Source of the DNA: a virus | Lineage: Duplodnaviria > Caudoviricetes | Virus record (IMG/VR): IMGVR_UViG_3300048856_000037 | Location: 1 to 43,937 of that record | Reading direction: 5' to 3' (one strand) | Length of the DNA stretch: 43,937 bases | Shown: one piece after another, positions 8,355-17,496 of the stretch | Layout of the letters: each line of letters starts with the position of its first letter | Position numbering within the stretch: position 1 is the stretch's first letter | Program-made: the position numbers and the translations under genes | The notes under the pieces: generated by a model | What the model saw: the letters and a program-made list of their open reading frames with translations, nothing else | Told to the model about the DNA's origin: nothing | Database searches by the model: none

Positions 8355-8908
8355 TGGAACGGGAGAAGGTGCTCGCCACGGCTGGCGAGCTGATCACGAA
8401 GGACCGTGCGGATCTGTACGGTCCGCCGGAGAAGTCGTTCGGCCGGATCGGTGCCCTGTGGGGCGCGATGCTGGGCACGGACCCCATCGAGCCGGAGATG
8501 GTTGCGCTGATGCTGGTGCAGCTGAAGGTCTCACGCATCGTGTCGTCGCCGGGTCATGAGGATTCGTGGGTGGACCTGTGCGGGTACGGAGCGCTCGGCG
8601 GCGAGCTCGCCACACACGCCTCGGCGGCGGCAGTAGCTACTGAGGTCTGGAACCTGCACTCGGCGCTCAGCGAGGCCGTCGAAACGTACATGACGGAGCA
8701 CCCTGGCATGTGGTCGCGAACGATTGCTCGCACCGTCGTGCGCATGGCTGGCGAGACGCAGAACCTCGGCGAGCTGGAGAACAAGATCGCAGGGTTTTAC
8801 GGCGAGGGCCAGCGCGTCGCGGGAACCCCGGGCGCAGTGCTGGCGCTCGCGCGCAAGCTCGTCGGCGAGCAGATGGACGCCGCCATGTCGGAGGTGCGCC
8901 GTGGCTGA
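8354..8908 (+). CDS. DUF6378-like protein with C-terminal extension
   Basis: DRADLYGPPEKSF.RI..LW; LKVSR; HEDSWVDLCGY. Confidence 0.7.
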   Translation: MEREKVLATAGELITKDRADLYGPPEKSFGRIGALWGAMLGTDPIEPEMVALMLVQLKVSRIVSSPGHEDSWVDLCGYGALGGELATHASAAAVATEVWNLHSALSEAVETYMTEHPGMWSRTIARTVVRMAGETQNLGELENKIAGFYGEGQRVAGTPGAVLALARKLVGEQMDAAMSEVRRG

Positions 8909-9140
8909 CGAACGGAAGTGCTACGCGGGCGACCTCGGGTCGGACGCGATCGGGAAGACGGTCGTCGTTCCGCGGCACGGGCTTGACGACGAGCGGCGGG
9001 GCACGGTCCTGTCGGTGTCGCACGACCAGGGCCTGACCGGCAAGCCGATCACGTCGGTGGTGATGCGTCCGGGCCAGTCGATCGGGGTGCGGCAGCTGGT
9101 GACGGTGGATTCGCTGGTCGTCGTCGAGGTGAAGCCGTGA
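8901..9140 (+). CDS. Hypothetical protein
   Basis: GTG after GGAGG RBS; fills the operon gap. Confidence 0.55.
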   Translation: MADERKCYAGDLGSDAIGKTVVVPRHGLDDERRGTVLSVSHDQGLTGKPITSVVMRPGQSIGVRQLVTVDSLVVVEVKP

Positions 9141-9496
9141 ACGGCATCAATGTGCCGGTCCGCACGGAGCTGACGAGTGCGCAGTACCGGACGTTGTCGG
9201 CGATCGCGCGGCAGCACCACACGACGATCTCGTCCCTGGTGCGGGAGTGCGTGCGCCGTCAGCTCGCGAACGGCACTGAGCCGACTCCGCCAGCGTCGCC
9301 TCGGCACCCCATGGGACGTCGGATGACGACCGACGACGTCGCGATGCTCCGGCAGCTGCACGGCGAGGGCCTATCGGACGTGGATATCGCGAAGCGGCTG
9401 GGGTTCCCCCGGTCGACGGTCGCGTACCGCCGGGACGCGCTGGGCTTGCCGGCGCTGTTCCCCGGCCGACCGAAGAGCCAGGAGGTGGCGTCATGA
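9137..9496 (+). CDS. DNA-binding protein (RHH-like plus HTH)
   Basis: TTISSLVRECV and GLSDVDIAKRLGFPRSTV. Confidence 0.7.
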   Translation: MNGINVPVRTELTSAQYRTLSAIARQHHTTISSLVRECVRRQLANGTEPTPPASPRHPMGRRMTTDDVAMLRQLHGEGLSDVDIAKRLGFPRSTVAYRRDALGLPALFPGRPKSQEVAS

Positions 9497-10698
9497 TCGC
9501 GCTGGACTTGTTCGCGGGTGTCGGATGGGCACTTGCGTGCCGTGCGCTCGGCATCACGGACCGGGGCGTCGACAACGCCGCGACCGTGGTGGAGACGCGA
9601 CGTCGTGCGGGTCTCGAGACGATCTACCAGGACGTCTGGGACGGCCTGTTCGGTGTGCATGGCGTGGGCCGGTACGACATCCTCATTGCGTCGCCGCCTT
9701 GCCAGACGTTCAGCCCAGCAGGCAAGGGCGCGGGCCGGAAGGCGCTCGACGAGGTGCTCGCTGCGATCCACGCGGGCCTGTACCGCGACCCGGTCGCGCT
9801 CCACGCCCTCACCGTCTCGCTCGACCCACGCACCGCGCTCGTCCTCACCCCGCTCGCTCACGTCTACCGGGACCGCCCGCAGTTCGTCGTGCTCGAGCAG
9901 GTCACGCCCGTGCTGCCCGTGTGGGATGCGTACGCGGCGGTCATGCGCGAGCTCGGGTACTCCGTCGTGACGGGCGTCCTCAACGCCGAGCAGTACGGCG
10001 TGCCGCAGACGCGGCGCCGCGCGATCCTCATCGCACGTCGCGACGGCATCGCGGCAGCTATGCCTGAACCGACCCACTCGCGGTACTACTCGCACGCTCC
10101 GGGTCGACTCGACCTCGGAGTGCGCCAGTGGGTCTCGATGGCCGAGGCCCTCGGGTTCGACGGCTTCGAAGCACAGAAGGTCATGGGGAAGGGCATGGTC
10201 GAACGGCACGGGCAGCGGCCCGGCCGTGACGCCGCTGAGCCAGCGTTCACGATCCGTGCCACAGCGGGCGGCATGGAGCCGGGTGGGTTCGTGCTCGTCG
10301 GCAATCAGCGTCCCTCCGGTGGCGAGGGTGACTACCAATCTCGACCGATGGACCGCCCAGCGCAGACGCTCACAGCTGGCTCTCGGTCGTGGGGCTTCGC
10401 GCTCCGGTCGAACTACGGGACCGGAGGCGATCCGCGGAACAGGGGTGAGCGGCTGTCGACGCAGCCCGCGCCGACGATCACCTCCAAGGCTGGACGGAGC
10501 AAGTGGGACGGCGTCCGCAAAATGACCGTCCAGGAGGCCGCGACGCTGCAGTCGTTCCCCGCCGACTTCGAGTGGGCCGGGACGAAGACCGACGACTTCC
10601 AGATCATCGGCAACGCGGTCCCGCCGCTGTTCGGGCAACACGTGCTCGCGGCGGCGACGGCAGGCGCGCTCGACGTGCCCGAGGCGGTGGCGGCATGA
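9493..10698 (+). CDS. DNA (cytosine-5) methyltransferase
   Basis: DLFAGVG (I), SPPCQ (IV), EQV (VI), YGVPQTRRR (VIII), EAATLQSFP (IX), IGNAVPP (X). Confidence 0.92.
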   Translation: MIALDLFAGVGWALACRALGITDRGVDNAATVVETRRRAGLETIYQDVWDGLFGVHGVGRYDILIASPPCQTFSPAGKGAGRKALDEVLAAIHAGLYRDPVALHALTVSLDPRTALVLTPLAHVYRDRPQFVVLEQVTPVLPVWDAYAAVMRELGYSVVTGVLNAEQYGVPQTRRRAILIARRDGIAAAMPEPTHSRYYSHAPGRLDLGVRQWVSMAEALGFDGFEAQKVMGKGMVERHGQRPGRDAAEPAFTIRATAGGMEPGGFVLVGNQRPSGGEGDYQSRPMDRPAQTLTAGSRSWGFALRSNYGTGGDPRNRGERLSTQPAPTITSKAGRSKWDGVRKMTVQEAATLQSFPADFEWAGTKTDDFQIIGNAVPPLFGQHVLAAATAGALDVPEAVAA

Positions 10699-11051
10699 GT
10701 TCGCAGACCCCGAAGCCGCTCCTGGACGCTCTCGAGCGCCGTGACGGCCGCCGCTCGGCGTGGACGGGCAACGAGGGCGACACTCTCGTCCCGCAGCACC
10801 GGCAGGGCGGCATGGGCGGCCGGAAGTTGAAGCACCGGCTGTCGAACGTGGTGTGGCTCGAGTCGGAGATCAACGGGCTGATCGAGTCGGATCCGGGCTG
10901 GCAGGCGGAGGCCGTGGCGCGGGGCATCAAGATCGGCGGCCACGACGACCCGGAGCTGGTCGAGGTTCGTCACGCGGTGCACGGGCTGGTGCTGCTTCGC
11001 GATGACGGGCAGGTCGTGTCCGCGTGGCCGGCACCGGTGGTGTGGCCATGA
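10695..11051 (+). CDS. Degenerate HNH-like protein
   Basis: RRDG...HRQGGMGG...SNVVWL...N pattern, but no cysteines. Confidence 0.5.
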   Translation: MSSQTPKPLLDALERRDGRRSAWTGNEGDTLVPQHRQGGMGGRKLKHRLSNVVWLESEINGLIESDPGWQAEAVARGIKIGGHDDPELVEVRHAVHGLVLLRDDGQVVSAWPAPVVWP

Positions 11052-11590
11052 CCGAGAAGCACACCGAACGCACCGTCTTCGAGGCGCTGCACCGTCGGTA
11101 CCGGCAGTTCAACGGCAACTCGAATCGCTGGGTCCATGCGGAGCACCCTCGCAACGGGACGGGCTTCTACGGCTGGTCGGAGTTCTCTGGCCGCTGCGTT
11201 GGCCCGCTCCGCACGGCGGACTTCGTCGCCCTCGACATGTGGGAGTCCGCCGGCCACCGGATCATCGGCCACGAGGTGAAGGTCTCGCGGTCGGACTGGC
11301 GTCGTGAGCTGGCGGACCCGACGAAGGGCGAGGCGTGGGCGCAGTGGTGCCACGAGTGGTACGTCGTCGCTCCGAGGGGCGTCGTGCCGCGGGCCGAGCT
11401 GCCGGTCGGCTGGGGCCTCATCGAGGTCACAGATTTCGCCGGAGCCGACGCGGTGCATGGCACCCGGATGGCGAAGCGGTCGGCCCGACCGGATCCGGTT
11501 CCGATGCCCGTCCCGGTCCAGTTCGGCCTGATGCGAGCGATCGAGACGACCGCGCTGCGGAGGACGGAGGAGCGGCCATGGCAGCCCTGA
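11048..11590 (+). CDS. MmcB-like PD-(D/E)xK nuclease
   Basis: RTADFVA, GHEVKVSRSDW, ELPVGWGL. Confidence 0.75.
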   Translation: MTEKHTERTVFEALHRRYRQFNGNSNRWVHAEHPRNGTGFYGWSEFSGRCVGPLRTADFVALDMWESAGHRIIGHEVKVSRSDWRRELADPTKGEAWAQWCHEWYVVAPRGVVPRAELPVGWGLIEVTDFAGADAVHGTRMAKRSARPDPVPMPVPVQFGLMRAIETTALRRTEERPWQP

Positions 11591-11817
11591 GCAAGACCGC
11601 GGTGCTCGCGCACCTCGCCCGGTGGGAGAGCCACCGGAACCCGCTCCTGGCCGCGATGGCCGAGGGCATGAAGACCCGCATCGAGGCGGGCGAGATGGAC
11701 GAACGAGAGGAGGAAGACCATGAGCCTGAAGGTGATCACGTGGGTGCTGTACGAGGCGCCGGTGACGACGCAGTCGCACCTGCTGGTGCTGCTGGCTCTC
11801 GCCGATCGGGCACATGA
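11578..11817 (+). CDS. Small hypothetical protein
   Basis: GGAGGAG RBS before ATG 11578; overlaps next gene by 98 nt. Confidence 0.4.
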   Translation: MAALSKTAVLAHLARWESHRNPLLAAMAEGMKTRIEAGEMDEREEEDHEPEGDHVGAVRGAGDDAVAPAGAAGSRRSGT

Positions 11818-12511
11818 CGACGGCACCGCGGCGTACCCGTCGCGGGAGTGGATCGGTGAGCGGGCTCGCTGCTCGGTGCGGAGCGTGGCGTCGCATCTGC
11901 GGGCGCTCGAGGAGGACGGGCTGATCCGGAAGGGTGATCAGGAGCTGGTGGCGCACTTCCGGGCGGACCGTCGGCCGGTGGTCTACGACGTCGTCATGAC
12001 GGCAGGCAAGTCCTGCACCCCGTCGTCGAACGACGTGCAATCTGACGCGTCACGGGGTGCGAGATCGCGTACTCACGACGTGCAACCTGTTGCACACAAA
12101 CCGTCCCTCTTCTCCTACGGAGAAGAAACCGTCCAGAAACCGTCCATCGCGCGCGTGAACCAGCGCTTCGAGGACGCGTGGAAGGCGTGGCCGCGGAAGG
12201 TCGGGAAGCAGGGAGCGCGGAGGGTCTTCGATCGCGTCCTGCGCAACCAGCCTCTGTCGCTGGACCGGCTCGTCGAGGCCATTACCGAGCACGGCACTGC
12301 GTACGCGAAGTGGGTGCCGGAGCAGTACGTGCCGCACCTGACGACGTGGCTGAACGGCGCGCGGTGGGAAGACGCCGTGCCGGGACCGCGGGTTGGTCGC
12401 GGGCAGGAACGACAGGACGAAGGGCTGGCGCTCGTCGCCCGACTGCGAGAGGAGGAAGCACATGCAGGTCTCGGAAGTGGCGCAGCTGCTGCTCTGGGCT
12501 CAGGGCGTTGA
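11720..12511 (+). CDS. Replication initiator (N-terminal winged HTH)
   Basis: LVLLALAD..A.PS..I.....SVRSV..HLRALEEDGLI; FEDAWKAWPRKVGK; TWLNGARWED; internal repeats. Confidence 0.8.
   Translation: MSLKVITWVLYEAPVTTQSHLLVLLALADRAHDDGTAAYPSREWIGERARCSVRSVASHLRALEEDGLIRKGDQELVAHFRADRRPVVYDVVMTAGKSCTPSSNDVQSDASRGARSRTHDVQPVAHKPSLFSYGEETVQKPSIARVNQRFEDAWKAWPRKVGKQGARRVFDRVLRNQPLSLDRLVEAITEHGTAYAKWVPEQYVPHLTTWLNGARWEDAVPGPRVGRGQERQDEGLALVARLREEEAHAGLGSGAAAALGSGR
12030..12145. repeat. Iteron-like repeats (candidate origin) inside the initiator gene
   Basis: ACGACGTGCAA at 12030-12040 and 12075-12085; AAACCGTCC at 12098, 12126 and 12137. Confidence 0.55.
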
Positions 12512-12809
12512 CGGTCGGACGCTGACGGAACTGTCGGCGCGGACGTGGCACCAGCTCATCGGGCACCTCGACTACGACGGAGCGCTCGGGGCGGTGCAGC
12601 AGCACTACCGCGAGGAGCACCGCTGGGTGATGCCGGCGGACGTGCTGAAGCTCGCGTCGCCGACCCCGCGGTATGGCGTCGACGCGACGTCGGAGCTGCT
12701 CGCGGAGCAGAAGGCGAAGTGGTGCGCAGATCACGGTGTGACCGTCGAGGAGTTCGACGAGCACGAGGGCGACATCGAGTGGATCGAGGCGGTGAGGCGA
12801 CGTGGATGA
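12462..12809 (+). CDS. Hypothetical protein, possible helicase loader
   Basis: Between initiator and DnaB; W..LIG.LDY..A..AV..HY...W.MPADV. Confidence 0.6.
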   Translation: MQVSEVAQLLLWAQGVDGRTLTELSARTWHQLIGHLDYDGALGAVQQHYREEHRWVMPADVLKLASPTPRYGVDATSELLAEQKAKWCADHGVTVEEFDEHEGDIEWIEAVRRRG

Positions 12810-14109
12810 CGTGCAGCAGTACGACCAGGTCGCGGAGCAGGCCGTCGTCGGCGCCATGCTCCTCGACCGGGAGGCCATCTGGACGGCGCTCGACACCCTC
12901 ACGCCGTCGGACTTCTACCAGCCGAAGCACGAGCTCATCGCTCGCGCCGCGGCCACTCTCGCCGAGCGCGACGAACCCGCGGACACCATCGCGGTGATCA
13001 ACGAGCTCGAGCGGACCGGGCAGATTGCCAAGGCCGGCGGGGATGCGTACCTGTTCCAGCTGACGTCGCTCGTCGCGACGACGGCGAACGTCGGCTACCA
13101 CGCGGACATCGTCCGGCAGAAGGCGATCCGTCGCCGCCTGCACGACGCCGGCATGCGGATCACCCGGATGGGGTCCGCAACCGAGGGCGACCCGATGAAG
13201 CTCGTCGACGAGGCGCAGCAGGAGCTCGAGGTCGTCGCGAAGAACACCCGCGTCGAGGTGCACGCGATCGGCGACACGATCGCGGCGACGATCGACCGGC
13301 TCGACGAGAAGCCGGAGTTCGTCTCGACGGGCTTCGAGTCGCTGGACCGGGTCATCGGCGGCCTCGCCGGCGGGAACCTCGTCGTGGTCGGTGCTCGGCC
13401 GGGCGAGGGGAAGACGATCCTCGGAATGAACCTGGCCACGATGCTCGCCCGCCGGGGAATGGTCGTCTACGTCTCGCTCGAGATGTCGGAGGACGAGCTG
13501 CAGCTGCGCCTGATCGCGCAGTTCGGCGAGGTCCACATGAAGTCGCTGCGGAACCACACGCTGAACGAGGAGCAGTGGAAGCGGGTCGCGATCGCCCGGC
13601 AGAAGATGCAGGGCGCGCCGATCTTCATCGACGACAAGTCGACGACGCTCGCCGAGATGCGGGCGTACATCCGGTCGGTGTCACGCCGTGGGCAGCTCGC
13701 TGGCGTCGTCGTGGACTACCTGCAGCTGATGGAGGGCGGCGATCCGAAGCAGTCCCGGCAGGAGTTCGTCGGCTCGATGTCGCGGCAGTTGAAGCTGCTT
13801 GCGAAGCAGCTCGGTGTGCCGGTGATCGCGCTGTCGCAGCTGAACCGGCTCGTGGAGGGCCGGAAGTCGCGGGTCCCGATCCTGTCGGACCTGCGTGAGT
13901 CGGGGTCGATCGAGCAGGACGCCGACGTGGTGCTGCTGCTGTCGTACGACCGGTCGAAGAAGGACGACCTGGTCGTGGCGGTCGCGAAGAACCGGCACGG
14001 CGAGAACGGCGAGGTGTCCCTGATCTGGCAGGGGCAGTACGCGCGGATCAGGGACAGGGCGTGGTCACCGTATGGCGCGGTGCCACTCGACGGAACGGAG
14101 GCGGCGTGA
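12802..14109 (+). CDS. dnaB: DnaB-like replicative helicase
   Basis: GARPGEGKT, SLEM, VDYLQL, LSQLNR, DLRESGSIEQDAD, KNRHG. Confidence 0.95.
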   Translation: MDDVQQYDQVAEQAVVGAMLLDREAIWTALDTLTPSDFYQPKHELIARAAATLAERDEPADTIAVINELERTGQIAKAGGDAYLFQLTSLVATTANVGYHADIVRQKAIRRRLHDAGMRITRMGSATEGDPMKLVDEAQQELEVVAKNTRVEVHAIGDTIAATIDRLDEKPEFVSTGFESLDRVIGGLAGGNLVVVGARPGEGKTILGMNLATMLARRGMVVYVSLEMSEDELQLRLIAQFGEVHMKSLRNHTLNEEQWKRVAIARQKMQGAPIFIDDKSTTLAEMRAYIRSVSRRGQLAGVVVDYLQLMEGGDPKQSRQEFVGSMSRQLKLLAKQLGVPVIALSQLNRLVEGRKSRVPILSDLRESGSIEQDADVVLLLSYDRSKKDDLVVAVAKNRHGENGEVSLIWQGQYARIRDRAWSPYGAVPLDGTEAA

Positions 14110-14360
14110 TGAGCGATCGCAAGCAGACGGCGACCAGCGCGACGAAGGCGGCGGTCACCAGAACGAAGACCGAGGTCATCGCGGACGCGTGGGCGGACGA
14201 CTTCGGCGGCGTGGCAGTGGAGGTCCGCGGCGTGCAGGTGCAGCTCGACATCGCGGAAGCAGCAGCTCTCCGCGACGAGATCAACAAGGCAATCGACCGG
14301 GCCCTCGAGTGGTCCGGCGCTACGAAGGCCGCCACGGCGGCAGGAACGAGGACAGCATGA
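14109..14360 (+). CDS. Hypothetical protein
   Basis: TGATG-coupled ORF. Confidence 0.55.
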   Translation: MSDRKQTATSATKAAVTRTKTEVIADAWADDFGGVAVEVRGVQVQLDIAEAAALRDEINKAIDRALEWSGATKAATAAGTRTA

Positions 14361-14848
14361 GCAAGGGCACGATGACCGTCGAAGGCTTCGTGGCGAACGA
14401 GCCGCGGCTGAACACCACCGGGAACGGGAAGTCCGTCATCTCGGTGACGGTCCCGCACCAGCGGTCGAAGCGGCAGGACGACGGCACCTGGGAGCGCCAG
14501 GGCGAGACGACGTGGACCGAGGCCACGTTCTGGGAGGAGCAGGCCGACCTCATCGCGCAGCAGGTCACGAAGGGCACCGCGGTGATCATCACCGGCGACC
14601 CCGAGGTGCAGACCTACGAGAAGCGCGACGGCACGACGTCGGCGAAGGTCGTGCTCCGGTTCCCGACGCTCGGCATCGTCCCGCGTGCGCAGCGGCAGGG
14701 CGGCCAGGGCGGCGGCGGGAACGCCTGGGGCGGGCAGCAGCAGTCCGGCGGGCAGCCGTGGGCGCAGCAGGGCGCGCAGCAGCCGCAGGGTGACGTCTGG
14801 TCCGCGCCTCAGGGCGGCGCGACGTACGACGACGAGACGCCGTTCTGA
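14357..14848 (+). CDS. ssb: Single-stranded DNA-binding protein
   Basis: OB-fold-like N-terminus, G/Q-rich linker, acidic tail DDETPF. Confidence 0.92.
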   Translation: MSKGTMTVEGFVANEPRLNTTGNGKSVISVTVPHQRSKRQDDGTWERQGETTWTEATFWEEQADLIAQQVTKGTAVIITGDPEVQTYEKRDGTTSAKVVLRFPTLGIVPRAQRQGGQGGGGNAWGGQQQSGGQPWAQQGAQQPQGDVWSAPQGGATYDDETPF

Positions 14849-15315
14849 TGCCGCAGAGGATCCAGCTCAGCCGCCGCAAGGGCTGGCGGAAGGCGGAGGG
14901 CGCGATCGTCGTCGCCCGGCCCAGCAAGTGGGGCAACCCCTTCGCGCTGGGAGCAACCCGCCTGCGCTTCCCTCGAGCGGATGGCACGGAGTCGTGGGAG
15001 CAGGAAGGCAGGATCGGCTACCCCGCTGGCGAGCGCGCGTCCTTCCACCACGGCGACAAGGTGACCTACCCCGACGGCCGCACCGGCTATCGGGTCACCT
15101 GGCACGACGTGCGCGAGGCAACCCGAGCGGAGTGCGTCGCGATGTACCGCGAGATGGTCACCGGCCAGCCGGATCTCGTGGACTTCACCTACCCGTCGCG
15201 GGTCAACGAGATCAGGACCGAGCTCGCCGGCCACGACCTCGCCTGCTGGTGCCCCCTCGACCAGCCGTGCCACGCCGATGTCCTCCTCGAGATCGCGAAC
15301 CAGGAGCAACCATGA
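14848..15315 (+). CDS. DUF4326-family protein
   Basis: VARPSKWGNPF; LAGHDLACWCP...CHADVL. Confidence 0.85.
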   Translation: MPQRIQLSRRKGWRKAEGAIVVARPSKWGNPFALGATRLRFPRADGTESWEQEGRIGYPAGERASFHHGDKVTYPDGRTGYRVTWHDVREATRAECVAMYREMVTGQPDLVDFTYPSRVNEIRTELAGHDLACWCPLDQPCHADVLLEIANQEQP

Positions 15316-16202
15316 CCGACACCACCACCATCGAGGTCGACGACGCCACGTCGCTCGCCCTCTCCGCGGCGCGAGCACGCCGCCGCCTCCTCGAAGCGCC
15401 CGGCCTCGTCGCGTACATCCGGACCCTCGTCGTCCCGGCCCTCGGCGGCGCGAAGGACGGCATGCCCCGAGCCGCGTCGAAGGAACCGCCAGCACCCATG
15501 CGGATCGACGCAGCCGACGACTCCGACAGCCTGTACGCGCAGCTCGTCAACTGGGTCGACTACTGGGCCGACCGGCTCTCCGCCCTCCCTCCCGCGACCC
15601 TCGTCGCGGTCTGGCGGAACAAGTCCGACGTGCAGGGCTTCCGCGGGACCGTTACCCCGCCCGGCGCCGGCCAGCTCGTCTGCTACCTGACGACGTGGCT
15701 GCTCATCCGGCACGACCAGATCGCCGCGCACGAGTTCGGCCGGGCGTACTTCGACGACGTGTCGACGATCATCCGGGCAGCGCAGGCCCGGTACCCGCGG
15801 GCCCCGCGCGGCGATCGCCACGTCCTGCCGCGGCCGTGCCCGGTGTGCGACCACTTCGCGTTCGGCGCCGAGTGGGCGTCGGAGGACGTCGCGGACTTCG
15901 TGCTCCGCTGCGAGCACTGCGGCCACGAGGAGTCCGCCGCCGAGCACCTGGCGACGGAGAAGGCGACCCGGCACCTGGTCATCGCGCTCCGCGAGGAACG
16001 CAACGTGTGGGACAGGCAGGGTGTGCTCGCGTTCTACGACGAGCACGGCTACTACCCGACGCAGGAGGTGCAGCGATGCCTCGTGTGCGGCGACATGGTC
16101 GAGCACCCAGAGCGCGGTCGCACGCGGCACCTGCACGACGACGAGCGCCGCGAGCCGCACGAGCCGCAGGTCGCCAACAACCCGACAGGAGCACCCGCAT
16201 GA
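15312..16202 (+). CDS. Hypothetical protein with Zn-ribbon (candidate late-transcription regulator)
   Basis: CPVC...CEHC; near the end of the early operon. Confidence 0.6.
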   Translation: MTDTTTIEVDDATSLALSAARARRRLLEAPGLVAYIRTLVVPALGGAKDGMPRAASKEPPAPMRIDAADDSDSLYAQLVNWVDYWADRLSALPPATLVAVWRNKSDVQGFRGTVTPPGAGQLVCYLTTWLLIRHDQIAAHEFGRAYFDDVSTIIRAAQARYPRAPRGDRHVLPRPCPVCDHFAFGAEWASEDVADFVLRCEHCGHEESAAEHLATEKATRHLVIALREERNVWDRQGVLAFYDEHGYYPTQEVQRCLVCGDMVEHPERGRTRHLHDDERREPHEPQVANNPTGAPA

Positions 16203-16897
16203 GACTCACCGATGAGCAGGCCCGGAGCCTGTCCATGATGAACGCCGGCAACAGTGAGCCGCTTCTGAGGACGACGATCTACCGAGCCAGCCGCGCCGCC
16301 ACGTTGACGGACCAGGAGCTCGACTTCCTCGTGAACTACGGCCGTGCCGTCCAGCACGAGCGGGATGAAGCAGCAGGGCGATCCGGCGTCACACCGCAGC
16401 GATGGAGCATCGGGTCCCCGTCCCGTGAGCAGGTCGACACCGCCATCGGTGCTGTGCTGTTCAACGTCAGGAACTTCCCGGAAGCGGCGCAGGCCCGGCT
16501 GCTCGGGCAGGACATGGGCGCGCTGCGCTCGAAGATCACAGAGGCCGTCGCCGCCGTGCTCTCGCAGCCAAACCCGAGCGCCGAGCCGGTGTGCGCATGC
16601 GGGCACCCGGAGTTCGACCACGGGCACAGCGAGGGTGACGGCTGCCTGCACTGCCCATGCAAGGAGCTCATCGCTACGCAGCCCCGCATCGAGGACATGG
16701 CACCGGGGACGACGTTCACGGCCGAGGGCGTCGGCGTTTCCGGCACCCTGCACCGCTTCACCGTCACGGACCAGCGCAGCCCGGGCGGGCACCGGTACCT
16801 CCGCTGCGCCACCCATGACGGCAACGGGGCGATCGAGTCCTACGTCGAACCGTCCACGATCCGCGACGTGACCCCGCCGAAGGAGGCCGATGGCTGA
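16199..16897 (+). CDS. Hypothetical mosaic protein
   Basis: ATGA-coupled; CACGH..DH...CLHCPC motif. Confidence 0.55.
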   Translation: MRLTDEQARSLSMMNAGNSEPLLRTTIYRASRAATLTDQELDFLVNYGRAVQHERDEAAGRSGVTPQRWSIGSPSREQVDTAIGAVLFNVRNFPEAAQARLLGQDMGALRSKITEAVAAVLSQPNPSAEPVCACGHPEFDHGHSEGDGCLHCPCKELIATQPRIEDMAPGTTFTAEGVGVSGTLHRFTVTDQRSPGGHRYLRCATHDGNGAIESYVEPSTIRDVTPPKEADG

Positions 16898-17093
16898 GGA
16901 GTGGTGGACGAAGAAGCAGGCGTGCCGGCACCTGCAGATCGACCCGAAGACCTTCGAGCGGTACACCGCCGACGGGATGGCCGTCACGAAGATCCGCGGC
17001 CGCGTCTTCGTCCGCCGCGACGTCGTCCAAGCCGAGTACCGGAAGCGGAAGCTCGGGCAGAAGGCGACTCGCGCCACGCCGGAACCGCAGTAG
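16890..17093 (+). CDS. Small HTH DNA-binding protein
   Basis: WWTKKQACRHLQIDPKTFERY. Confidence 0.7.
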   Translation: MAEEWWTKKQACRHLQIDPKTFERYTADGMAVTKIRGRVFVRRDVVQAEYRKRKLGQKATRATPEPQ

Positions 17094-17101
17094 TTCCCGT
17101 G

Positions 17102-17123
17102 TGTCGCATCAGGTGTGTACACT
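17102..17123 (+). promoter_or_regulatory. Putative late promoter
   Basis: TGTCGC-N10-TACACT at the start of the only large intergenic gap before the late genes. Confidence 0.55.
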
Positions 17124-17166
17124 GGCGCTAGCGAACCTCCACGCCGGGCGACCGGCACGGAGCAAC

Positions 17167-17203
17167 CGAAGGCCCTCGACATCACGTCGGGGGCCTTCGT
17201 CGT
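17167..17203 (+). terminator. Intrinsic terminator/attenuator
   Basis: CGAAGGCCCTCGAC-ATCAC-GTCGGGGGCCTTCG followed by TCGT; same TTCGTCGT ending as other terminators here. Confidence 0.7.
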
Positions 17204-17272
17204 ACCCCCGGTGAGGCTGTCGTTGCCCCGGGTCACGGGATGATCCCCGGCCGTCGGAGGCGAACAGATCCC

Positions 17273-17412
17273 GGGCCGGCGCCTGCTAGGGCGGCGTCGG
17301 CCCACAGACTTTCCCGTGCCCGCCGACACGCACCGCCACCGCACCAGCCGTCGCGCCCTCTGGGAGGCGCGCTCGCAACGCGACTCACCTGCCGCGGCGC
17401 GAGCACGGGGAA
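17273..17412 (+). ncRNA. Candidate structured RNA in late leader
   Basis: 11-bp stem 17273-17283/17293-17303; stem 17310-17323/17399-17412 enclosing hairpins 17352-17371 and 17373-17383. Confidence 0.35.
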
Positions 17413-17496
17413 CCCAATCAGGCCGAGACCCCCGAGGGAACCCGCGCTGGCATGCGGACCCCGGACGAGGACGGCCGACCACGTCAGGAGGCGCGC

